From contig NC_043000.1 of the NCBI RefSeq assembly GCF_006345805.1, positions 140,368,001-140,432,000 of the forward strand: a stretch of DNA of 64,000 bases, read 5' to 3'. The notes beneath the pieces were generated by a model that saw only the letters and a program-made list of their open reading frames with translations, was not told where the DNA came from and did not search any database. Both the position numbers and the translations under genes were made by a program. Position 1 is the first letter of the stretch. The number at the start of each line of letters is the position of its first letter. Below are positions 1 through 12,465 of the stretch, piece by piece. Source of the DNA: Octopus sinensis. Taxonomy: Eukaryota.

Positions 1-747
1 TTTAATAGCTCTGCCATTTCATTCCTTTTCTCATAACTTCCAGTAAAGAGGGAACCTTACTAAAACATGCTTCAACCCTCCCTCAATAATATTTGGTTAA
101 CTTTTGATGATCACTGGTAAACTGAGCAAGCATATTACATTGCTTGGCCCCAAGTCGATGATCAAACAGAATATCCTTTTTTTTATTATTATCAAACAGT
201 TAATGTAGGATTATACTAGCAAATGTAACCTTTCATATTTTAAATGGTAAAATTTAATTTGCAATTTCTAGGAAATCAAACAATCACATAGACGCCTCCT
301 TATTGGCTCACACATGTTGTATTAGCAGATAATTGATAAATAGGAGGGCACGAATGATAAATATCCTTAACTGTGGATATACTAAATGGACTGAATATTC
401 ATGCAATTTTACAATGAAGTTACTCACTGGAATAGATTGCCACAGAATTTTGCAACTATAGAACTATAGATTCAAACATGTTTTCTCAGAAATTTGTTGC
501 CGAAGCAAAGTATTTGCTTTATGGATTTAGCTGACTGAGTATAGTTATAGTAGTACCAATGGTCACATGCCCATTGGTACTACTATATGATATTAGATAA
601 TATTATATAATATATAATATTAGATAATCAAATATTTAACAAGCAGATGCTAGATACTAAATTAGTTTCAAATGTCCAAATATGATTAAGAAGATAGAAA
701 AGATTTTACTAATAATCAACAATCCTTTATAAATAAAGGTTAAACTA

Positions 748-1148
748 GGCGCAGGAGTGGCTGTGTGGTAAGTAGCTTGTTTACCAACCACATGGTTCCG
801 GGTTCAGTCCCACTGCGTGGCACCTTGGGTAAGTGTCTTCTACTATAGCCTCGGGCCAACCAAAGCCTTGTGAGTGGATTTGGTAGATGGAAACTGAAAG
901 AAGCCCGTCGTATATATGTATATATATATATGTGTGTTTGTGTATCTGTGTTTGTCCCCCTAGCATTGCTTGACAACTGATGCTGGTGTGTTTATGTCCC
1001 CGTTACTTAGCGGTTCGGCAAAAGAGACTGATAGAATAAGTACTGGGCTTACAAAAGAATAAGTCCCGGGGTCGAGTTGCTTGATTAAAGGCGGTGCTCC
1101 AGCATGGCCGCAGTCAAATGACTGAAACAAGTAAAAGAGTAAAAAGAG
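748..1148 (+). mobile_element. tRNA-derived SINE family A (octopus OR-type/CORE-like)
   Basis: A box tggctgtgtgg, B box ggttcagtccc, ccttgggtaagtg CORE-like start, internal (TA)/(TG) tract, gtaaaaga tail. Confidence 0.85.
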
Positions 1149-1544
1149 ATAAAAAAAGAGTATTTGGATACTATAATAGAATTGGTAATTTCATGCAAAT
1201 TAAGTAGATCTTAAATTCATTACATTTCTTATTCTAATTAATTTAGTATTTTCATGTGTGTAGGGCTCTTTAGCATAAAGGATTTAACTGAATGTGAATT
1301 ACAAAACAATATAAATATATGGAATCAATATTGTTTTTCTCTCACTTCTCTTCAATTTGATTAATTATTATATATTCTGCACCATTGTGATTCTCAAATT
1401 TTCAGAAACATGATAATGTTAATTAATACCTTAAACTCAACTAGTAATGTTGATTACTTAACAACCTGCAGGAAGTTTACCATGAGCAGTGTTTGATTCT
1501 TTGAACTCCTATCTTCAGTTTGTGTGTGTGTATACACATGAAAA

Positions 1545-1825
1545 TATGTGGCTTAGTGGTTAGGGCATTTGGCTCACGATTGTAAGGTCATGAGTTCAAT
1601 TCCTGGTGAGGTATTATGTCCTTGAGCAAAATACTTCATTTCATGTTGCTCCAATCCACTCATCTGGCAAAAATGAGTAGTACCTGTATTTCAAAAGAGC
1701 CAGCCTTGACACACTCTTTGTCATGCTGAATCTCCCTGGGAGCTATGTTAAGGGTACATGTGTCTGTGGAGTGCTCAGCCACTTGCACATTAATTTCACA
1801 AGCAAGTTGTTCCATTGATCATATC
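1545..1825 (+). mobile_element. tRNA-derived SINE family C
   Basis: tggcttagtggttagg A box, gagttcaattcc B box, ccttgagcaaaatacttcatttc body. Fragments also at ~39770-39900 and ~63430-63600. Confidence 0.7.
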
Positions 1826-2327
1826 AACATAATTGTAACTGACAGAATGCACTAATATATATAAACACATGTATACATGTGTGTGTGTGAAATGAAGTGT
1901 TTTGCTCAAGAACGCAATGCACAGCTGGTCTGAGAATCGAAACCACAATCTTGTGATCGTGAGTGCAACATCTCAACCACAAGTCCATGCAAGTTCATCA
2001 TCTGCTAACAAACCAACACCAGCTGTCATGTGTTGGTGAGGAAGAAATACAGATACAAAGACATGTACACACACATACACACATATTCAACAGGCTGCTT
2101 TTTGCATCCATCGACCAAAGCATTAACATGTTATTACACACACACACATATGCATACATGTAGGTTTCAAATTTTAGCACAAGGGGAGCAAGTTTGGGTG
2201 AGGGGATAGTCAATTACATCAACCCTGGTGCCCAGCTACTACTTTATTTTATCAACCACAAAACATGAAAGGCAAAATCAACCTCAGCAGAATTTGAACT
2301 CAAAACATAAAAACAGGCAATACATAT

Positions 2328-2628
2328 CAGTCCCACTGCGTGCCATCTTGGGCAAGTGTCTTCTGCTATAGCTCTGAGCCAACCAATGCCTTGTGAGTGG
2401 ATTTGGTAGATGGAAACTGAAAGAAGCCTGTCGTATATATGTTTGTGTGTCTGTGTTTGTCCTCCTAGCATTGCTTGACAACTTCACTTAGCGGTTCGGC
2501 AAAAGAGACCGATAGAATAAGTACTGGGCTTACAAGGAATAAGTCCCGGGGTCGATTTGCTCGACTAAAGGTGGTGCTCCAGCATGGCTGCAGTCAAATG
2601 ACTGAAACAAGTAAAAGAGTAAAAAGAG
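2328..2628 (+). mobile_element. SINE family A, 5'-truncated
   Basis: Matches family A from the B box to the tail. Confidence 0.8.
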
Positions 2629-2652
2629 TATATATATATATATATATATACA

Positions 2653-2815
2653 GGTGCAGGAGTGGCTGTGTGGTAAGTAGCTTGCTTACCAGCCACATGG
2701 TTCCAGGTTCAGTACTACTGCACAGCACCTCGGGTAAGTGTCTTCTACTATAGCTTGCACTGAACAAAGCCTTGTGAGTGAATCTGGCTGGTAGACAGAA
2801 ATTTAAAGAAGGATG

Positions 2816-2860
<45 letters not shown>

Positions 2861-3041
2861 TCCTGCCACCCTTGCTTGACAACTGGTGTTGGCGTATTTA
2901 AGTCTATGAAACTTAGCAGTTCGGCAAAAGGGACCGATACAATAAGTACTAGGCTTACAAAGAATAAGTCCTGGAGTCAATTTGTTCAACTAAAGTCAGT
3001 GTTCTAGCATGGCCACAGACTGAGACAAAAACAATAAAAGA
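2653..3041 (+). mobile_element. SINE family A
   Basis: Full-length diverged copy. Confidence 0.8.
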
Positions 3042-3616
3042 ATACACATGTATATTTACGAGTATAAGAAATGTAATAGGTGAATAAAGACAATATATGT
3101 TTCATAGCTAAAACAATATTTTTTATATAATTTGTACCACATCTAAAACTTGTTTAACTAATTTTTTTTACTCAACTCTTTGTGACAATGTAAACTGCTT
3201 GAAGGTAATTGGAACTGAAGATTAACTATGCAGGGTTTATGTGCATTACAAGCTATGTAACAAACATTGTTTTAGCTATGAAACAAACATTGTTTTAGCT
3301 ATGAAACATTTGCAGTTTTTGCCTTTTTCATTCTTTACATTCTTGGATTTTTATTCACATTTCTAGCAACAGAAGTCGTTAAACTATGAGTGGTATGGCT
3401 TACAAAAATTTCCATTGATTTCCATATGGGACAAAGTGTATATAACTCATGTTAGTAATTAAACTCTTTTTTATATTATCCATCTGGATAGCTGCTGGAT
3501 ATTTGGAATATTCTAACCTATTAGTGTGTGTGTGTGCATATATATATACACATATATATATATATATATATGTCTGTGTGTATGTGTGTGTGTGTGTGTA
3601 TGTGTGTGTATGGATC

Positions 3617-3912
3617 CACAATGGCCCAGTGGTTAGGGCAGAGGACTCGCGGTCATAGGATCACAGTTTCGATTCCTAGACCGGGGGTCATGAGTGTTTA
3701 TTGAGCGAAAGCACCTAAAAGCTGCACGAGGCTCTGGCAGGGGGTAGTGGTGATCCCTGCTGTACTTTTTCGCCACAACTTTCTCTCACTCTTTCTTCTG
3801 TTGGCCTGCTCACTTAGCCAGCGGGGTGGCGTCATTTGAAGGCTAAAACAATGCAATGCGCATTGTGACCAGCGATGTGTAGCAACATCTGATAGCCTGG
3901 TCGGTCACACGC
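3617..3912 (+). mobile_element. tRNA-derived SINE family B
   Basis: tggcccagtggttagg A box and gtttcgattcc B box. The head is shared with 35735-36072. Confidence 0.7.
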
Positions 3913-4129
3913 TATATATATATATATACACACACACACACATACACAGAAAGACAGGCATACATGCACACACTCTCTCTCTCACATATACGCACAAAAT
4001 CCAAAAACTTTTTCTCCCAATAGTATTGTGCATCACCTACCCGTTTCTTTGCAGAAATGTTCATCCATTCATCGAAAGAATACCTAGTTTCTCTCCTTCA
4101 CTCTGTCCCTCTCTCATTCTCTTTATACA

Positions 4130-4160
<31 letters not shown>

Positions 4161-4267
4161 ATATAATATATATACATGCACTATATTCACACACATACAC
4201 ACATATCAGCCATTTTGATCCTCTACCAAATATATGATCAACCACTAGGTGAACCACAAGCTGTCAT

Positions 4268-4649
4268 AGGAGTGGCTGTGTGGTAAGTAGCTTGTTTACC
4301 AACCACATGGTTCTGGGTTCAGTCCCACTGCGTGGCACCTTGGGCAAGTGTCTTCTTCTACTATAGCCTCGGGCTGACCGAAGCCTTGTGAGTGGATTTG
4401 GTAGATGGAAACTGAAAGAAGCCCATCGTATATATGTGTGCGTGTATGTTTGTGTTTGTACCCCTAGCATTGCTTGACAACCGATGCTGGTGTGTTTATG
4501 TCCCCGTCACTTAGTGGTTCGGCAAAAGAGACCGATAGAATAAGTACTAGGCTTACAAAGAATAAGTCCCTGGGTCGAGTTGCTCGATTAAAGGTGGTGC
4601 TCCAGCATGGCCGCAGTCAAATGACTGAAACAAGTAAAAGAGTAAAGAG
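4268..4649 (+). mobile_element. SINE family A
   Basis: Full-length copy. Confidence 0.85.
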
Positions 4650-4922
4650 TATAGCAAACACATGCTCACATACACATACTCATATACATGCATATACAAT
4701 GCATACGTAATGCACTTAAAAGTATGCTAATTAATCAATTAATTTTATCAAAAAATGTATTCCTGTGATGTGAGTATTATGCTGTACATTTTCACCACTT
4801 TGCTTCATTAGCACTTTGTCACATATTCTAGTGAAGATTTTTTTTTGGAGGTAATAAATATTTTGATTGTGACTTATATCAAAATCTAACATTCTACTGT
4901 ACATATAGATGGTTTTTACCAT

Positions 4923-5315
4923 CAGGAATGGTTGTGTAGTAAGAAGTTTACTTCCAAACCATATGGTGCTGGGTACAGTCCCACTGTGTAGCATCTTGGG
5001 CAAGTGTCTTCTACTATAACCTCAGGCCAACCAAAGCCTTGTAAGGGAATTTGGTAGATGAAAACTGAAAGAAGCCCGTCATATAACTGTATGTGTATGT
5101 CTGTGTGCGTATCTGTGTTTGTCACCCACCACCACCTGACAACCAGTGTTGGTTTGTTTACATCCTTGTAACTCAGTGGCTCTGCAAAAGAGACCAATAG
5201 AATGAGTACAAGGCTTAAAAATAGTAAGTAGTGGGGTTGATTAATTCAACTAAGAATTCTTTAAGGTGGTGGCCCAGCATGACCTCAGTCTAATGACTAA
5301 AACCATTAAAAGATA
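4923..5315 (+). mobile_element. SINE family A, older diverged copy
   Basis: Recognisable head, body and tail. Confidence 0.7.
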
Positions 5316-5647
5316 AATGCTAAAAAATCATCTCTAGACACATTCAAACAATGCTTTCCTTTTGGTGAGAATTTTTTAGAAGATTTAAATTTTGACCAAT
5401 CAAATCTTCCCAGCTAAACCAGATTGAACACTGTTTTCTCCAATTGTAATCACATCAAAGTATTTTTTACTTTTGTCTCAATATGCTTTTATTGTTATAA
5501 AGACCAGAGAGAACATCATTGTTTTCAATGTCCCCTTTTCTAACTTCACCTGGGTTGAAAGAATTATATTAAGAAATACATACTGAACAGGACAGAATGG
5601 AGGAACTGGGAACTGTAAAAGTAGATGTTCATTACAAAGAAGTCCAT

Positions 5648-6050
5648 GGATTGGCTCCAGTGCCGGTGACATGTGAAAAGCACCATTCAAGCGTGATCCT
5701 TGCCAATGTTGCCTTACCAGCACATGTGCCAGTGGCACGTGAAAAACAACATTCAAGCCGTTGGACTGGCTCCCATGCAGGTAGCACATAAAAACACCTT
5801 TTGAGTGTGATCGTGCCAGAACTGCCTGACTGGCTCTCATGCCAGTGGCACATAAAAAGCACCCATTACACTCTCAGAGTGGTTGGCATTAGGAATGACA
5901 TCCAGCTGTAGAAACTCTGCCAGATCAAATTGAGCCTGGTGCAGCCTTCTGGCTCACCAGTCCTCAGTCAAACCGTCCAACCCATGCCAGCATGGAAAGC
6001 GGACGTTAAACAATGATGATGATGATGATGATGATGAAGATGATGATGAT
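5648..6050 (+). mobile_element. Retroposon family E with (GAT)n tail
   Basis: ...ccaacccatgccagcatggaaagcggacgttaaac(gat)n. Other copies at ~7675-7800 (-), ~14397-14830 (-) and ~34016-34218 (+). Confidence 0.7.
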
Positions 6051-6832
6051 AAGGTTGATTATTTGTTTGGATCCTAAAATTCTGACAGAAGCAACTCAAT
6101 GAAAGCCCTTCTTGGTGAAAACTACGTAAGGTAACACAACAAAGTTAAGCCTTGATGTGTATTTCTCCATTCTGGATGTTGAATGTAGATTCTTACAAGT
6201 TCAAATTAATTAGGACAGTAGATTGTTATATACTTAAAACACACTATTCAAATTGTATACATTCAAAGGAATAATATTTGAATACTTGTTGCTTCTGTTA
6301 TTGTTACAGCCTGTTTTCTCTGACATACTTGAATAAACAGCATGAAGAACAAGATAAGAAGATGAATGTTGTCTTGTTAAGGCTTCTTGAACAGTTTTAG
6401 TTACCTTAAAAGCACACTGAAGCACTACAAACTATATTTGATCACATTTTGATATATAGGTGAAATCTCTGAAGCAAAATTACAAACAACTTTGTCATGT
6501 CTCTTGAGATGGCAAGCTTTGGTGAAACAAAAGCTGTATCATTGAAGCTACAGAAGATATCAGATATGTATCGACTGAAACAGGTCTCAAGATTAGTTAT
6601 GGAAATCATAATCATCATCATCATGACTTACATCTGTTCTTCTGATCTAGTGTGGACTGCACAGAACTTTTTACAGTAGTGTTATATAGCAAGATACCCA
6701 TTTCAAGAGAATCATTTTACTTACCGCTTACAAAACATAGGGTTACAGTGTACTTATTTAAAGAGGCCTGGTTATACACAAATAAAGAAAGTAATGATGA
6801 TATATGAAATACCTGAACAATTGAAAATGTGA

Positions 6833-7157
6833 TATTTCGTTTTTGGATTTGGTTTGCAAGATTTTTTATGTGAGTTCGTGTGTTGAAGCATATTCTGTTG
6901 TGTCTGGGGAGAGTCATTTTCTTTTTGTGCCTTATAATTTAACACACTCACTGGTAGAATTTCCACTTATTTCTTATTTTTATTTTCCTAAAATTTTCGT
7001 TGCATCTTGCAACCTTTGCAATAGTCTTGACTACTGAAAAGGTTGCAAGATGCAACGAAAATTTTAGGAAAATAAAATTAAGAAATAAGTGGAAATTTTA
7101 CCGGTGAGTGTGTTATATTATAAGGCACAAAAAGAAAATGACTCTTCCCAGACACAA
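6833..7157. mobile_element. Fold-back MITE-like element, copy 1
   Basis: 6898-7026 is the reverse complement of 7029-7157. The unpaired left extension matches the right end of copy 2. Confidence 0.8.
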
Positions 7158-9821
7158 TTGAAGATGTAAAAGTTTTAGAGTTTTAAGGGGAAATATATTG
7201 CACTGGAAAATCCATTCCTATCTTGTCATTTGTCAAAACCTCTTCAAAAATATTCCTGAAAAATAATGTACTCTTTTCTCAAGGATACATAGGCATAAAA
7301 ATGTGTCTTTGACTGTTTATCAACTACTTAATATTAATCAGTGGAAAATCGTTGTATTCCAGAAGTTGCTACATGAACTTCAGGAGTTCTAGCTATGTTT
7401 TTAGTATATGTGAGACAAGGAGTTTTGTGTAGCAGCAAAACAGGTGGCAACTATCACAACATTGAGATCATGCTGGCAGTATTGGAAAATAAAATGAAAT
7501 CAACAGAAACACAAACAATTATCTGATAGTAAAACAAATGATGCCATTGGTCAGTGAATAGGTGGCTTGTCAGTTTTTTCTGAACTATCATGAAATATCA
7601 GTCCTTTCTACCATTTGAGGCAGTGGTAATTGTTGGTTAGCTCTGTGATCAAAAACATTTTGGCCATGACCAAATCATCATCATCATCACCACCACCATA
7701 CGTCCATTTTCCATGCTGGCATGGGTTGAACGTTTTCACAGGAGCTAGCTACCTGAGCTATCCAGACTCCAATTGTGTATTGTGGCATGGTTTCTATGGT
7801 GTTTCTTTATATGTTAGGGAATACATTATAAATATGGTTTTCCTTTTTAACGGTGGCTGGAGGTGATCTGAGTGAGATTTGGTTACTATTTCTAGAAGAT
7901 CAAGCAAGAGTATAGAGATCCTTTATTGGTTTCTCAAGCTGCCTAATACTGGATGCTGATACACAAATTATCCTCTCCTTTATGGAATTCATGGAATCAC
8001 TTGGGTATTGAAAATTATTAATAGAGTGCAAACAATATCATCTTTGGATTAGAAACTTCAAGAGACAGTAGTACTGGCTGTAAGAACTATGTAAAAAAAT
8101 GAAGAAACTATTAGTGCTAAATCAAGAGCAAATTCTTTTGTTTAAGATGAAGTTCCAAATTACATACTTCCCAAAATAGGTCTTACATTACATCTCAGTG
8201 ATGGAATTTACCTAATTACATTTGACTACTATTCGTTAATTATAAAAGATATATTAATTGGAAAACACTGTAAATAGTGATCAGGCAATGTAAATTACAA
8301 TTCTTGAGATACAGGGTTTCTAACATATTTATTAACAATTAAAGAATTTGTACTCTCTGAACAGAGAATCACAAATTCTCAGTACTTACTTTCAATGTGC
8401 TGTCTGTGCAGCAACTAAAACTCTTGAAAAAGGTTTATCTGAACAATACAGACCTCCTTCTGTTGTCCTCCTTTTTATATATGAATATTCAAATGTTCAA
8501 AAACAAGTTTCTTGGTTTAGAGCTTCAAGGAGAGTAAATCAGGATATTCTTATAAACATCAAAAGAGTTACCAACAACTAAAAGTTTTTCTAAATCAAAG
8601 AGATTACATCAAAAAGACTTACATACATTCATCTATCATTTGGTCAATACATTGGAGAAGTAATAGGGAATATCTTGAGACAATGCTAAACTTTGTATTA
8701 TGATCAGAAACTTTTAAACTTGTTTAGTAAATTGAACCCATCAGTGTATTAGAACAGGGTTAATATTTCCAACTAAACAAATGTAAAATTGAATGATAGT
8801 CATATGAACCTGGGTAAGCACATCAAGTTAAGGAGGTTAGTACATTCTGAATGGAGCTATTGCAAAATTACTGCTATAAACAGAGAAGAGAAAACTCAGT
8901 GGTCAAGCTATTTGTGAACTAATAGATCTCTAACACTATCAGAAATGAAACCAGTTTTCACAAACTGGCCTCAGTTATAAGATAAAGCAATTGTATTTCC
9001 ATATTATTCAAGTGTGAAGTGAATTATCTCATAATGAATTTAATTTCAATCTAATTCTAAATCTATTGATATCAAGTAAGTTGATCTGTAAATAAATATT
9101 GAAACACTATCTTTTTTTTTTCATGTTTAATTTGATTTCAATAATCATTAATTACATAAATCAAATCTGATGCATTTGAATTTACATGTATATTAATTTC
9201 CAGTTATACGATAGATTGATGAAAGGAAAGTGATGTAACATGTAATTTAATACTTATCTTTTATAATGAGTGTTATAACATCACCATGATTGCAAAGCAT
9301 TGTTGTAAAGATGTTCTGAATACTTGAATAAAAATGTTATAGCCATATTGAGTTAACATTATAGATGCAACAATGAAAAAATTACAAAAAAAAAAAAGAA
9401 AGAAAACAATAGACATAACTAAATTTATTTAGTACTGATAATTCAAACATTTAAAATAAGTTACTTTAGAAATATTGAAAGTATAGAGAGAAAACTACAG
9501 AGAGAGTACAAACTAAAATAACAGCTTACATTGATCATAGAAGAAATCTAGATATATGAAGTTCTTTGAATGTAAGTACGTTGAATTGTGATGTATGTTA
9601 TTGTTCTTAATATCTCCAATTCAAACTAGACTGAGCAGAATTATGTTATAAGATATTCCCACTATGACAATCCTTCAGCTTAGAGTTACCTACGAACATT
9701 ACTTAATGTGTGTACTTGACCTTTTTGATGATGGAGAGTGATTCAAGGGAGGTGAGGCAGCTATTTCAATAAAAAATTAAGACATTTTTGTTGGCTTGTT
9801 TAAAGAAGGTATAAGTAAATA

Positions 9822-10220
9822 GGCACAGGAGTGGCTGTGTGGTAAGTAGCTTGCTTACCAACCACATGGCTCCAGGCTCAGTCCCACTTTGTGGCACCTT
9901 GGGCAAGTGTCTTCTACTATAGCCTCGGGCCAACCAAAGCCTTGTGAGTGGATTTGGTAGATGGAAACTGAAAGAAGCCCATTGTATATATGTATATATA
10001 TGTATATATAGATATGTATGTGTGTGTGTGTTTGTGTTTGTGTGTTTGTCCCCCCACCAACATCGCTTGACAACCGATGTTGGTGTGTTTACATCCCCGT
10101 AACTTAGCAGTTCGACAAAAGAGATCGATAGAATAAGTACAAGGCTTCCAAAGAATAAGTCCTGGGTTCGAGTTACTTGACTAAAGGCGGTGCTCCAGCA
10201 AGTAAAAGGGTAAAAGAGAG
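9822..10220 (+). mobile_element. SINE family A
   Basis: Full-length copy. Confidence 0.85.
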
Positions 10221-11051
10221 AAAAAAGAAAAATTAATACAGTGGAATCAGTTTAAAAGTGTTAAATTTGTTCCATTACATGAGCAGACAACACCCATGAA
10301 AAAAGAAGAAGCATATAATATAAAAAAGATACTCTTTCAGAATATTGTTCAAATGCAATACTAGAAATAACAGCCAAATGTTCCTCAAATCACACTGTTT
10401 CATCCTAGAAAAGGAAAGACACATTGAATGATGTAGCCCTAGATGCACTATGTCGGAATTAAAAAAAAGAGTCAGAATCATAATAGCTGGAATACAGTTG
10501 ATTCTTACTTGAGGTTAAAAAACAAGTAACTCATTCCATACCTTGGAGTATGTAACAAGTAACTACAGGTTCTACTGTTACTGATTTACAAAGAATACCA
10601 AAATGTAAAGTGGGTTACTAGCTATTGCTGGACTGAAAATGTGACCAATTACATCCGAGAGATACTACTGACAAGGGGAAATACCTGCATGTCTTATATT
10701 ATGAAAACAACAGATATCTGAAAATTTTGCTGTCATGCAGTTTCCTATAAGGTGAATCTTATTTTCTCATTAATTTCCATTTTACCTGGAATTAAATGAA
10801 TGGGGAAGTCAAAAGAAAAATGCGTTTCATATTACAGGTTTCCAGGATAACACAAGATTTTCATGAATGCAGTGCTTTAATGTTGGGAATGTCAGCAGCT
10901 GGGGTGTTACAGGTGTCCTTATCATGATGACAATGTAATCAATGCAAAATATAGCACACTCCTCCGTTTGAAACAGAAATACTTTGTAACAAAATATACT
11001 GTTTCCTTTTATTATGCAGGTCAATCACTCTTCATTAAAATGAAAACCCTT

Positions 11052-11459
11052 CTTTTTACTTGTTTCAGTCATTTGACTGTGGCCATGCTGGAGCACCGCC
11101 TTTTAGTCAAGCAAATCGATCCCAGGACTTATTCTTTGTAAGCCTAGTACTTATTCTATCGGCCTCTTTTGCCGAACTACTAAGTTACGGTGACGTAAAC
11201 ACACCAGCATCGGTTATCAAGCAATGTTGTGGGGACAAACACAGACACACAAATATATAAACACACACATACATATACATATATATACATATATATCACG
11301 AGCTTCTTTCAGTTTCCGTCTACCAAATCCACTCACAAGTCTTTGGTCGGCCCGAGGCTATAGTAGAAGACACTTGCCCAAGGTGCCATGCAGTGTGACT
11401 GAACCCGAAACCATGTTGTTGGTAAGCAAGCTACTTACTACACAGCCATTCCTACGCCT
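11052..11459 (-). mobile_element. SINE family A nested in the left TIR of the Tc1 element
   Basis: Reverse-complement copy splitting the TIR. Confidence 0.85.
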
Positions 11460-11719
11460 CATTCGATTTTCTTAAAATTTGTATGGGACATGTAGGATTA
11501 TGTATCCCATGTCTCGTATACTTGTGTAAATCAGTGTATGTTTAAAGCAGAAATTAAGAAGAACACGTTTATGGGGTGTTTCATTTTATTATGCAAGTTA
11601 ACAAGACAGTGTTTACCCACCATGTGATATGAGATTTTGAAAAGATTTTCTTTCTTACTTTCAGATACAAGAAATATAGAAGTGGGTCGAAGTAAAGATA
11701 TAAAATCGAAGGAGAAGAA

Positions 11720-12465
11720 AGAAATTGTGAAATTACAGAGAGAAGAGGATACAACAACTTTAATTTCTAAAAAGCTAAATAGAGATCACAATAAAAAAAA
11801 AAGGTATAAAACATTGAGAGAGTAAGAATAAGGAAGAAAATAGGTTTCAAGAACATTGCATATAGAGATAAGAGAAAATTCAAAAGAATTATATGCAAGA
11901 AAAGTGGGTTAACCAGCAAACAAATCTTTGAAGAAACAGGAATCTCTAATATAGAAAGGAAAAACATTGCACAATACTAAAAAAATAGACAAAGTTATAA
12001 ATTTCACAAAATTGCTTCCTTTAAATAAATTACACAAAGAAAAGAATGAAATATTTTTACTGATGAGTGCAAAGCAGCATTAGCTGGACCTGGTGGATGG
12101 GCAAGAAGCTAGGTGTTATATCGAAAAAGTCAACCAGCATGATTAAGAAGACAGCAGCAGAGTGGAGGAATCATGTTTTGCACTGGTCTTGCTGGAAGAG
12201 ACATTATTGGTTCGTTTAAGGTTGCAGATGGAGTCAAAATAAATTATTGCAAGTTTCTAGATGACAACTTCTTCCATTGGTATAAGTCAGCATCACAAAG
12301 TTTCAAGTTAAAGAACGTATTTATGCATGATAATGCCCATTCACACTCTTCCAAACTCACTATTAACCATTTAGCAAAGAAAGGTTTCAAAGAACATAAG
12401 ATAATGGAATGCCCCCCACCCAATCTCCAGATCCAAATCCAATAGAGAATTTGTGGTCAATTATT
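11720..12465 (+). pseudogene. Transposase remnant (stops and frameshifts)
   Basis: FTDECKAALAGPGGW (D at 12062), LRRQQQSGGIMF, FMHDNAHSH (D at 12329), CPP/SPDPNPIENLWSII (E at 12445). D-E spacing is 37 aa after repairing a C-run frameshift. Confidence 0.9.

Noticed and set aside
3618-3690. tRNA genes at SINE heads
   Set aside because: A and B boxes are present, but they continue into SINE bodies and lack a proper acceptor stem.
8340-8700. Exon-like segment with a GTAAGT donor on the minus strand
   Set aside because: All frames are interrupted from every plausible acceptor, and no recognisable product.
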